NCBI GenBank assembly: GCA_016840485.1
Contig: JAEOSG010000001.1
Span: 11,178 to 75,177, forward strand
DNA: 64,000 nucleotides
Direction: 5' to 3'
From: Candidatus Baldrarchaeota archaeon
GTDB taxonomy: Archaea; Asgardarchaeota; Baldrarchaeia; Baldrarchaeales; DXJG01
The notes under the pieces are model-generated. The model was not told where the DNA came from. It saw only the letters and a list, made by a program, of their open reading frames with translations, and did not search any database. Position numbers and translations under genes: made by a program. Each line of letters opens with the position of its first letter. Position 1 is the stretch's first letter. Positions 29,221-38,521 of this stretch are shown here, one piece after another.

Positions 29221-30422
29221 TTATGAAACCGCGCTTAGAACTCTAGATGCGATATTCTTAGCTAGATTTTTGGCTCTCTCTAAATCTTCTGCTGTCGGTG
29301 ACCCCTTAACACTAATAATAGGCTCAATAACCTCGTGACCCATTTCTACAAGTATCTTTTTTAATTGTGACAATGCATTTCCCCCCAAGCATAAGTGCCA
29401 AATAACCCTATGATTTTCCTCTGTAACCTCTTAATCTCCAATAGATTTACTAAGTGCCGTATTGGTGGAAATATGTTTCCGTCATAAGTAGGACAGCCAA
29501 AAATAACCGCAGGCGCATTCAATAAATCACTCAAAATGAAACTTATATCACTGTAAGATATATTGTACACAGCAGTATCTATGCCTTCAGAATTAATATT
29601 CTCTTCTAAAACCTCAGCTATTTTCTTAGTATTGCCGTACATCGAACCATAAACAATCACAACTCTTTTCTCAGGAGCATTTCTACTCCATCTTTCAAAC
29701 AATTCTACGATCTTAATAGGATTTTTACGGTAAACAGGCCCATGACTTGGAGCAATGATTTCAATGTCAATACCGAGGTTCTTAACTTTCTCTATAGCTC
29801 TCAAAACAAACTTTGAATACTTTGATACGATGGTAGCAAAATACCTCTTAGATTCCGAGAAAAACAATTCAAGATCGACTTCGTCGTCGAAAATTTTATT
29901 ACTTAAAGCACCAAATGAGCCAAAAGCGTCACATGGAAACAAAATTTTATCTTCAACCAGATATGTGAACATCGTTTCGGGCCAGTGTAGCCACGGCGCC
30001 TCAATGAAGCGAAGAGTTTTACCGCCAATATCTAAAGTGCTTCCATCTCTAACACTTATAGTCTCCTGATCTAAATGGAAAAACGATTTGACCATATCAA
30101 TCGCTCTACTCGTTCCCATAATTTTAACGTTTGGAGCGTTTTTGACTATTTCTGGAAGTGAACCGCTGTGATCAGGTTCTAAGTGATTAACAATAACGTA
30201 ATCTAACTCCTTAACATCGATTACGCTATTAATATTCTCAATAAGTTCATCGGCATATTCAGCTTTCACGGTGTCCACTAATACCTTTTTCTCGCCGAGA
30301 ATCAAGTAAGAATTGTAACTCACCCCATGCGGGAGGCTCCAAAGAGACTCGAAAAGCTTAGTTTCATAGTCATTCACTCCAACCCAATAAACCCCAGGTT
30401 TAATTTCAACAGGTTTTCCCAA
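29221..30422 (-). pseudogene. flavodiiron protein (FprA-type), reading frame broken by a 1-nt indel in a C6/G6 run
   Basis: Metallo-beta-lactamase HLEPDHSG and flavodoxin VIVYGSMYGNTKK. After 29381-29386 the C-terminus continues in another frame (GNALSQLKKILVEMGHEVIEP...). Confidence 0.75.
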
Positions 30423-30481
30423 CTCTCAGACACCACGCTTCGAAACAGTTATGTAAAATGATTAACTTAGAAAACTTAATT

Positions 30482-30817
30482 TTATCCCCATTTTCCCTTT
30501 GCTATATGAACTTCAATCTCTGCTTTAATTTTTCTCATCATTTCCTCTGCGAACTCTTTACTTTCCTTAAATATTTTTATACAGCCCGGATCGAGGTTGT
30601 CTTCTATGCCCTTTTCGCAGACTTCAACAATTCTTGACAGGAGGGAATGTAGGTCTGTATGCAGCGAATTTGTCAACCGAGATCTTTCAATCAACTTAAC
30701 CCTGTCTTCGGGTATTTCTTCGAACTTTTCTTTTGGAGCCCCACAGCGAGGACACTTTTCTGGTGGTTCCTCTCCCTCCCAAACAAACTTACAAACCGTA
30801 CATCTCCACATCTGCAT
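30482..30817 (-). CDS. rubredoxin-like Zn/Fe-ribbon protein with C-terminal helical domain
   Basis: WRCTVCKF...EKCPRCGAP (CxxC...CxxC) followed by ~75 aa of helical sequence. Confidence 0.55.
   Translation of the reverse strand: MQMWRCTVCKFVWEGEEPPEKCPRCGAPKEKFEEIPEDRVKLIERSRLTNSLHTDLHSLLSRIVEVCEKGIEDNLDPGCIKIFKESKEFAEEMMRKIKAEIEVHIAKGKWG
30749..30775. repeat. 27-nt exact repeat shared with 30926-30952 (encodes GEEPPEKCP in both rubredoxin modules)
   Basis: AGGACACTTTTCTGGTGGTTCCTCTCC is identical at both sites, and the flanks diverge immediately. Confidence 0.8.
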
Positions 30818-30886
30818 ATACAGCACCTCCAATTAACTATTTCACATAAATTAAACAAGTCCTTAATATAAAAAAGTGAGTTAGAA

Positions 30887-31393
30887 TTAAAAGGCTTCAA
30901 ACATATTCCTTGGCACACCACAAACAGGACACTTTTCTGGTGGTTCCTCTCCTTCGGTAGTATATCCGCATGCCTTGCAGATATAGATAGTTTTTACTTC
31001 AATATCTTTCCCCTTTTCCACGGCTTGCTTCGCTTTTTGATACATTGTTGCATGTATTTTCTCAGCTTCTAACGCCCAACCTGTAGTTCTTACTGCCCCT
31101 TTTTCGTTTTGCAGTTCAGCTACTGCTTTAAAGGCTGGGTACATATCTTCAACTTCATACGTTTCACCATCAATAGCCGCTTGTAAATTGTCTACAGTTT
31201 TCTTTACTTCACCGAGTTCTCTAAAGTGATTTTTTGCATGTACAAATTCTGCATACGCTATTGCCCTAAACAGTCTAGCAACATTAGGTAAACCTTCCTG
31301 TTCGGCTTTCTCGGCAAAAATCAAGTACTTCATGTGGGCTTGGCTTTCTCCCGCAAAAGCATCTCTCAAATTTCTTTCAGTCATTTTCCTCAT
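30887..31393 (-). CDS. rbr: rubrerythrin
   Basis: Diiron ExxH motifs are AEFVHAKNH and EAEKIHATMY. C-terminal rubredoxin domain is CKACG...CPVCG. Confidence 0.9.
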   Translation of the reverse strand: MRKMTERNLRDAFAGESQAHMKYLIFAEKAEQEGLPNVARLFRAIAYAEFVHAKNHFRELGEVKKTVDNLQAAIDGETYEVEDMYPAFKAVAELQNEKGAVRTTGWALEAEKIHATMYQKAKQAVEKGKDIEVKTIYICKACGYTTEGEEPPEKCPVCGVPRNMFEAF

Positions 31394-31458
31394 TAAACTC
31401 CCTCCATCGTTATTCAGGTTGTACGCAAATATATTTTTCGTACAATTTTGGTACGTAT

Positions 31459-31488
31459 AGTAGAAAAAATATAAATATTTTTTCTACT
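31459..31488. promoter_or_regulatory. 30-bp perfect palindrome (14-bp arms, 2-nt centre) upstream of rbr, flanked by TTTTGGTAC direct repeats
   Basis: The sequence is AGTAGAAAAAATAT-AA-ATATTTTTTCTACT. TTTTGGTAC occurs at 31446-31454 and 31489-31497. Confidence 0.5.
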
Positions 31489-31856
31489 TTTTGGTACTAT
31501 ATTCGTGAAGAAGATAACTATAGATAGCTAGAATCATGTTTTGTGTGTATACGGATGTGTCACTTATTTGTTCTTGAGTGAGTATAAACTTTATTCTCCA
31601 ATTACAGAGTTTTTCGGTGCCAAAAAATTGCTTATTTTCCCCTAATATTATTTACATATGTAATAAAGAATTATTCGAATTTCGTACCGAAATATTATTA
31701 AATAAATAGTAATCGGTACTATTAACAAAAATCAAATACGACAATATTGAGCAGTATTATTAGTCTTGCATTTTAATGAAATTCGTTGACTAAAAACTTT
31801 ATAGCAAGCGGTTATCAAAGTGAGATTTAAAATGCTCAATAAAAGAGGAATGAGCA

Positions 31857-32294
31857 ATGGATGAAGTTGACATAAAAATCTTGGACATTCTAATGGAAAA
31901 CGCGAGGACTCCATTTGTTGAAATTGCGAAAAAATTGAAGGTCAGTGAGGCTACTATTAGAAAGCGAGTTAAATCCCTTGAAAAACGAGGAGTTATTAAA
32001 AAATATACTATCGTTGTCGATCCCGAAAAGGTGGGATATCGAACTATTGCCATCGTTGGTGTAGATGCTGATCCAACAAATTTCCTTGAAGTAGCTAGAA
32101 AAATCACAGAATTAAAAGAGGCAAGATATGTTGCCACAAGTACTGGGGATCATATGATAATGGCCGAAATCTGGGCAAGAGACACAAAACATTTGTCACA
32201 AATCGTAGAAAAAATTGGAAGCATCAATGGCGTAAAGAAAATTTGCCCAGCCATAATATTGGAAAAATTAAAAGAAATAAGTAAAATAGACTGA
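31857..32294 (+). CDS. Lrp/AsnC-family transcriptional regulator
   Basis: MDEVDIKILDILMENARTPFVEIAKKLKVSEATIRKRVKSLEKRGVI HTH plus a C-terminal RAM domain. Confidence 0.85.
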   Translation: MDEVDIKILDILMENARTPFVEIAKKLKVSEATIRKRVKSLEKRGVIKKYTIVVDPEKVGYRTIAIVGVDADPTNFLEVARKITELKEARYVATSTGDHMIMAEIWARDTKHLSQIVEKIGSINGVKKICPAIILEKLKEISKID

Positions 32295-32463
32295 CAAGCA
32301 AAAACATGTTCAATGTACCATTAAATTTCTTGAAAGCTCTATTTTTACAAAGTTTTCCCTAGCTTTATCACTATTTAAACTTAACATAAATTTACGGACA
32401 TTCAAAATAAAAACTGCAATGTTTTCAATGTTTCGCTTGTATGTTACCGCTAGAGGTTCATCG

Positions 32464-32649
32464 TCAGTGTTTGCCTTGTGCAATAGCACTAGAGGCAGCA
32501 ATTCCAGTTTCAATGGCTAATCTAATTCCTTCTCCAGAAAAAGGATTGCAAAACCCACCAGCATCTCCAACAAAAACAATATTCCCCCTACCTTCCACAA
32601 TTATACCCTGAGGTATAAAGCCTACTTCCCTCTTTACAGTGAAATAGGT
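32464..32649 (-). pseudogene. fragment of a geranylgeranyl-reductase-family flavoprotein
   Basis: A 61-codon open stretch lacking any start encodes NIVFVGDAGGFCNPFSGEGIRLAIETG, the GDAAG...GEGI region. Both the N-terminal and the far C-terminal parts are absent. Confidence 0.5.
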
Positions 32650-32668
32650 CTAAAACTAAATTCACAGT

Positions 32669-33350
32669 TCAATATCTTTTTAAATTTCTCAAGACTATCT
32701 TGAAGCTTTTTAATGCGTTTTTAACTTCCTCATAACTTATATCGCGGTTTAATTCCCATTTAAGACACGTAACTCTCTCTTTTATAGTATTCAACTCTTT
32801 ATCTTTAAGCTTTACAATAGGTACTCTTAACGATTTAGTCATAGTTTCCACATCAAAGTCTACAAGTAACGTACCTTTGAAATAAAATGGCATTTTCACG
32901 TTCAGTTCCACCAGTGCCTGAAATTTTCCTACCATTAACTTCTATATCGTTCTTTGGACGGAAAGATGCATTAACACCAAGTTTCCTAAGAGCTTTAACT
33001 GTCCCTCGGTACATGATTTCAAATAATTCTTCAATGGAATTATATGGAGGAATTGAATCTTTAGAAGCTATTATTTCCCATCCAATGGATGTTTCATCAA
33101 AATATATTGCCCCTCTACCAGTAATTCTCCTATTAACATCTATACCCTTCTCCTTTACGTAATCTAATCTAACTTCTTGTTCAACATTCTGATGATAACC
33201 CACTAAGACTGCAGGAGGCCTAAACCGGAGAAGACGCACTGTGTTCGAAATCAAATTTCTTGCTTTACACTCCAGAATTACATCGTCTAAAGCCATATTT
33301 TCTGCAGTGTTACGCAGGCCAGTATCTAAAAACCTCCATTTAGGCCTCAA
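32669..33350 (-). pseudogene. lplA: lipoate-protein ligase A, frameshifted
   Basis: RFLDTG...ENMALDD...VLVGYHQ...GRKISGTG then a frame change at the A-run near 32877-32879 to GTLLVDFDVETM. TTG start at 33350. Confidence 0.75.
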
Positions 33351-33359
33351 AATATCACC

Positions 33360-34059
33360 TCATCCATTTATTTTTGTAATTTCTTTCCATAAGAGTGAGC
33401 AGCATTCATCATAAATTTTGATTTTTAACCCTAATTTAGTGGCAAAGTTATATGCTTCTTTTGCTCTAAAAGGATGAGAGAATGTTCAAAATCTTTGACA
33501 CCACGATCAAGATGATATACCTTTCTAATAGTTTCATTTGAACCAATAATATCAAGCATGACACCATCAACATCAACTGTCGCAAGCGCCTCAGCTAATT
33601 CAGAGTTGATAAGACCCGTATGAGCAACCACTTTCAATCCTAACTCTTCTTTCACACGTTTAATTGCAGGAATAAACTTAATCAAAGGTGCACTTCCATC
33701 TTTAGGCTCCCTCCACTAATAAGACAACCATTGCCACCATGTTCTTTAATTCTAAGACATATTTTGAATAAGTCATCCGGATCCGTTACGGGAATCATAT
33801 TTTCCAAAAGTTTCCCCTTACGGTGCTCACAATTAAGATAACATGTTCTCCCGGTTACGGAGAGGGCTGGAAATCTATATGGATTAACCGTCTTATGAAA
33901 GAACGTATCAAAATGAACCATTCCAGGTGCATAGAAATAAATAACATCTGGGAAGTGTTTTCTACGCAAACTATATGCCCTTTTAAACAAAGTTTCCAGT
34001 TCGGAGAACTTACTTTGAAAACACAGCTCTATTGCATCATCACAATTATTCCCGGTCAC
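33360..34059 (-). pseudogene. radical-SAM protein, biotin-synthase-related (LipS2-like), 2 frameshifts and degenerate cluster motif
   Basis: CYLNCEHR where CxxxCxxC is expected (Arg codon at 33820-33822). Frame changes lie at A-runs near 33685 and near 33460. Confidence 0.5.
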
Positions 34060-34139
34060 TTAAACGTCAACCTCACTATAGAATTTCTACTTTCCTTTAT
34101 TCTCACGCAGCATTTCTTAAAGTGTAGGAATGCTTTAAC

Positions 34140-35256
34140 TTACGTATCGTTACTCTCAGTAATCCATACCTTAACTGGAATATCTGAGTAATTCTTTAGT
34201 TGTCTTCTTATAATCGCTATATCTCTTTTGTTCGGTCTAAAAGGGAAGTTTCTTAATTCGCCTATGTATGCTTGTAGGGTGTGCAGTTTAAAAAGGGACT
34301 GTTACAAGCGCCCTCTCTATTTTTACTTGCACAACCAGATGTCATAAATGGCAGACCACTTTCAACCACTTTATTATAAACTTCTTTGCTTATTCCAAAA
34401 TCTATTATTCTACCCTTATCATCGAATTTCATATTCTCATATCTTGAAATACCCTTATTTATCAAATATCTCGCCAACTGAATCCTTCTATACGTGCCTA
34501 TTGGAGGCTGTGAGTGGTTTTCTAGCAGCGAACCTTCCTCAGGGAAGAACGAGAAAAGATGAGTTAAAGCACCCATGTCATATGCTTTTTGAATAGCTTT
34601 CACCATCTCCTCTTCGGTCTCACCTAAACCAACAATAAAATGAACACCCACATTATACTTACCGAAAATTTCAACAGAATCTTCAACAACTTGCCAGTAA
34701 CGATCCCACCTATGAGGGCCACCAACAGCTCTGCCTCTTAATTTATCGAAAAGTTCGAGGGTTGCCGCATCAACGGCCACACCAATCTTATCGGCTCCAG
34801 CTTCCTTCAAATCGTATAACCATTTCTTTGTTACAATTGTTGGAGTTATTAATGCAGAAATAGCATCTATCTTCTTACGTAAAGCTTTCACAATAGTTAA
34901 AATATCCTCTCTTGCTCTCTTATGCGTAACCATTGAAATACATACCCTTTCCACATGGGAACATCTTTCGTCATCCATTCTTCTAAGAACTTCTTCCAAG
35001 GGAACAATAGGCCAATCTACACGAATAAAACTCTTCTCAGTCCATAAGCCATTAATGTATCTAGACTTCGATAAACCACAATAAGCACATTTACCTAAGC
35101 ATCCATCATTATATGTTAACAAAAGATTAAGAGTATAGAGCTTTGCATCCCTAAAAAACGACCCGGATAAAATCCCAACGTTATAGCAGCAGCAAGACTT
35201 ATCCTCACATACTCCGGGGACTCACCAACCTCTGAAATTTGAGATCCTTTTAACAT
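34140..35256 (-). pseudogene. radical-SAM protein, biotin-synthase-related (LipS1-like), frameshifted
   Basis: CLGKCAYC cluster motif and GLGETEEEM. The N-terminal 35 codons (MLKGSQ...GFYPGRF) are in another frame across the A6 run 35153-35158. A second shift is likely near 34262. Confidence 0.55.
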
Positions 35257-35470
35257 AAAGCTACCCCTATCGGAGATTACAAAGCCTCATCACAATTTAT
35301 TAGCATCAATATTAAAACTCACCTTGACTTCTATATGCAGTCTGTTGGCAACTTACTTTTTTACTATTTAGGTCGTAAATATAGAGTTTTCGACCATTAT
35401 ACTCCAACATGAAAGTAAGGCTTTCACAAAAGTCTAAGTAGCTAAATACTTAAAAGCGGTTAAAATCGAT

Positions 35471-35950
35471 TCAAATTTGTAGCATTAACTTTAAGTCCTT
35501 ATGTTTCTTCTTGGTTATATTCCTTTTAGTTCTCAAGAACTTTATAATTCTCTTGGTTACCTGTTTAGAAAGAATTTTCTTCTTATAAAGAACTGCTATT
35601 AGATCTGCTAGCTGTAAAAGCTGAAAGCCCAGTCTTACATATCTAAGCATTTTAGGGTCTTCTGAAACAACAAAATATTCCTTTTCGGATGCATATTCGA
35701 GAAGTGAAGCATCAGCTTCATCAAAACCTTCTTTTAGAAAACTTGAGAAAACTATGTTGCGTTTTGGGAGAACTGCACAATACTCCACTATCCACAAATA
35801 ATTAGGAAAAAACTTTCTAAACTCCGTTAATAGTTCATGCGTAAAAAAGAGTTTAAACCGATTCAACAGCGTACTAACGATACTTATGTTCAACTCTCTT
35901 TCCAACATATGAATTTTAAACCAACTACACGTGTCTATGGCCAACATCAT
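35471..35950 (-). CDS. PIN-domain protein (COG2405-like toxin candidate)
   Basis: Acidic residues at PIN positions: LAIDTC, FDEADASLLEYA, VVSEDPKM. Confidence 0.55.
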   Translation of the reverse strand: MMLAIDTCSWFKIHMLERELNISIVSTLLNRFKLFFTHELLTEFRKFFPNYLWIVEYCAVLPKRNIVFSSFLKEGFDEADASLLEYASEKEYFVVSEDPKMLRYVRLGFQLLQLADLIAVLYKKKILSKQVTKRIIKFLRTKRNITKKKHKDLKLMLQI

Positions 35951-36002
35951 AGTATATTTTATAGCAAAACATATTTAATTAATTTACTATAAAATATAGC
36001 AT

Positions 36003-36320
36003 ATGAAGCAGGTAAATTTTAGGATAAATGACATAGAATACAAGAGACTAAAATGGCTTGCAAAAAGAAGAAGTACATCTATTGCTTCAATTTCAAAAAA
36101 CATACTTAAAAAAGCTTTAAAAGACGAATTAATGGACGAACTAGCTCAAGCATACATGAAAGGAGAAGTCAGTTTGAAAGAAGCTTGGAAACTTTCAGGG
36201 CTTCCCTTCATAGACCTTTTAGATGAACTATGTAAAAGAGGGATAGAACCGCCAATATCAGCTGACATAGATGAGAAAACTCATGATGTAGCTAAAAAAT
36301 TAAAAGAATTGCTTGAATAA
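36003..36320 (+). CDS. RHH + UPF0175-type antitoxin-like protein
   Basis: N-terminal RHH-like VNFRINDIEYKRLKWLA. The UPF0175 pattern is AYMKGEVSLKEAWKLSGLPFIDLLDELCKRGI. Confidence 0.5.
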   Translation: MKQVNFRINDIEYKRLKWLAKRRSTSIASISKNILKKALKDELMDELAQAYMKGEVSLKEAWKLSGLPFIDLLDELCKRGIEPPISADIDEKTHDVAKKLKELLE

Positions 36321-36492
36321 TTATTATGAAGACATTGTTGACGTTGAGGTACATGCAATTCATAATTGTCTGATTTCGTAATTATTTACATCATATTCTT
36401 CAAGTGAAAAGGGAAACTCCAAAGATTAGGTTTTGATAATAAATTTATTAGTTTGTTGTGGCAACTTTATTCACAAGAAGGTGATATTTATA

Positions 36493-36774
36493 ATGATTAT
36501 AGAAGAGGTAGCAAAAAAGCTTAAGATAGATCCAGAAAAACTTCTACGAGAAAGTCTTCTAAAATGGTTTGAGGATGAACTAGCTAAGACAAATGCAGAA
36601 ATAGCTGAGCTTTTAATTAAATATAAGGTAAACTCTCCAAGCGAGCTAGAGGTGAAAATAAAGAAGGGGCAAGTACCAGAACATCCAGCATGGGAAGACC
36701 TAATAATATTAGAAGAGCTTATAGAGACGAAAAAAAGACTAGAAGAGGGACTAGCTATTGTCCAAAAGTCTTAA
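36493..36774 (+). CDS. small helical protein, antitoxin candidate
   Basis: 93 aa taken from internal MIIEEV. Overlaps the downstream ORF by 17 nt. Confidence 0.35.
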   Translation: MIIEEVAKKLKIDPEKLLRESLLKWFEDELAKTNAEIAELLIKYKVNSPSELEVKIKKGQVPEHPAWEDLIILEELIETKKRLEEGLAIVQKS

Positions 36775-37147
36775 CGACGTATATGATGATCTGCTCATCC
36801 TGATCTACTCTAAGTTTTTAGACATTGTAAAAACTTTACGCGTCGAAAAGGCACGCGGCATGCGGATTATAAAGATTCGCGTCATCTTTAAGGACGAAAG
36901 TTTTCTTGATGTTATATGGGGGTCTTCAGGAAAATATAGTCTTCACTGGGAAAGAAGACACATCAATGGTACCATTTATAGGTATGACAACGCACCGCAC
37001 TGGAAAAACATTTCTACGTTTCCAAATCACTTTCATGACGGAAGTGAGAAAAAGGTCACTCCTAGTTATCTGCCAAAAGACCCTCTAGAAGCTTTAAAAT
37101 GGATCTTAGAATTTATAAGAAGTAAAATATTGAAGAAAAGTACATAA
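36758..37147 (+). CDS. DUF6516/TumE-like toxin-family protein
   Basis: HWERRH...YRYDNAPHWKNISTFPNHFHDG resembles the TumE-family core as I recall it. Confidence 0.4.
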   Translation: MSKSLNDVYDDLLILIYSKFLDIVKTLRVEKARGMRIIKIRVIFKDESFLDVIWGSSGKYSLHWERRHINGTIYRYDNAPHWKNISTFPNHFHDGSEKKVTPSYLPKDPLEALKWILEFIRSKILKKST

Positions 37148-37350
37148 TAACAGTTTCCTAATCCCTTTATATTCTGCTTAATAATCAAGTTTGGCCATAA
37201 ATCTCCAAATACCTTTACTCCTAGAATATTAGAGCCAGTACATCAAACCTAACATGTTAAACCATGCTAAAACATATTTATTAGCATAGTTAAGGAAAGT
37301 ATAGAGGGACGTTAGAATTTAAAACACTGAGACAAATATTCTAACAGTAA

Positions 37351-38456
37351 TCAAAGCAGAAGTTTCCCATTCTTCACTACCGTTTCCCCATCGACTTCAA
37401 CTGTAGGTTTTGTTATAGTTGCGTTATAATGTGCAGTTCCCTTATTTTTACCGCCCAAGTCTTCATTATAACCTATACCTATTGACACCGTGCCCAAAGC
37501 CAGTTCAGTAAGGATTCCGTAAGGTTTTATTGCAGGATTTAACCCTACGATGAAACGTCCAATTCTATCCTTATTACCAGTCATCCCTTCGTAAAATCTC
37601 ATAAAAATCTCAAGATTTTCCTCGGCTTCCACATCTACTAATCTTCCATTCTCGAAAACCCACTTCATCCCCTTGATACTTTTACCCAGCGATAATTGTG
37701 GCACATCAAAAACCACAACACCATTAGCTGCATCCTCTATTGGAGCCATTTCAACCATACCAGCTGGAAGCAAAGTAAAAGTATCTCCCATCTCAACATC
37801 ACGGTCATCAATTACACCATCTTCTACTCGAGCCTTTCTACCACTAACTCTAAATCTAAGATCGGTACCCAGATCACTTATAATACGCACTTCATCAGCA
37901 TTTTCCAAGATTTTAGCGATCTCTATCCCTAAGTCCCTTATTTTATCGTAATCCACTGCTAGCGCCTCAAGCATCATACTTCTCCACTTTTCATAGTTTA
38001 GCCCATAGATTTTAGCCCGCTGAGGCGTTACCTTACCCAAATAAACATCTGCAACCCTAATCCTTAATTCACGTTCCTTATCGCCGATAGGCTTGTAAGC
38101 TTCACGGATTGCTTTCATACTTTCAGTTTTTAACGTATCAGGCGACGGTGGAGCCTCCGGGCCATGAATATTAATGCAAACAGTTTCCCCATCAAGACTT
38201 TTTAAAACATGAAGAGGCGTTTTAGCCAAATTTTCGGCAGGCAGCTCATTCATCATTCTATACCAAAGATTATCTGTCATTAACGTAATTAACGGCACGG
38301 CACCAGCCTTATAGCACTCAAAAGCTAACTCTTCAGCTAAGTCAATGGTATGATGCCAAGTATTTATGGTAACCATGTCATTCTCCCTAACTCTTAAGCA
38401 ATTTCTAACTATCTGACAAGCCACCTTCTTCAAAACACTTCTTTCCTGAAACTGCA
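37351..38456 (-). CDS. M29/aminopeptidase-T-like aminopeptidase
   Basis: C-terminal pattern is FIVGLNPAIKPYG...LGTVSIGIGYNEDLGGKN. TTG start assumed at 38456. The upstream part of the track ORF overlaps the divergent radical-SAM gene and looks spurious. Confidence 0.5.
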
Positions 38457-38521
38457 AATTAACCCCCCCGCAAACAATAACAATTTTATTCCAATATATG
38501 TTCCTATCACCGGTGTAATCA

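Noticed and set aside
32310-32513. 67-aa minus-strand track ORF
   Set aside because: It overlaps the flavoprotein gene remnant in a different frame and has no features. The remnant frame carries a recognisable GDAGG...GEGI motif.
35287-35293. C-box-like GUGAUGA (minus strand) as a C/D box sRNA
   Set aside because: No CUGA D box follows at the expected distance, and the site overlaps the 5' end of the LipS1-like gene.
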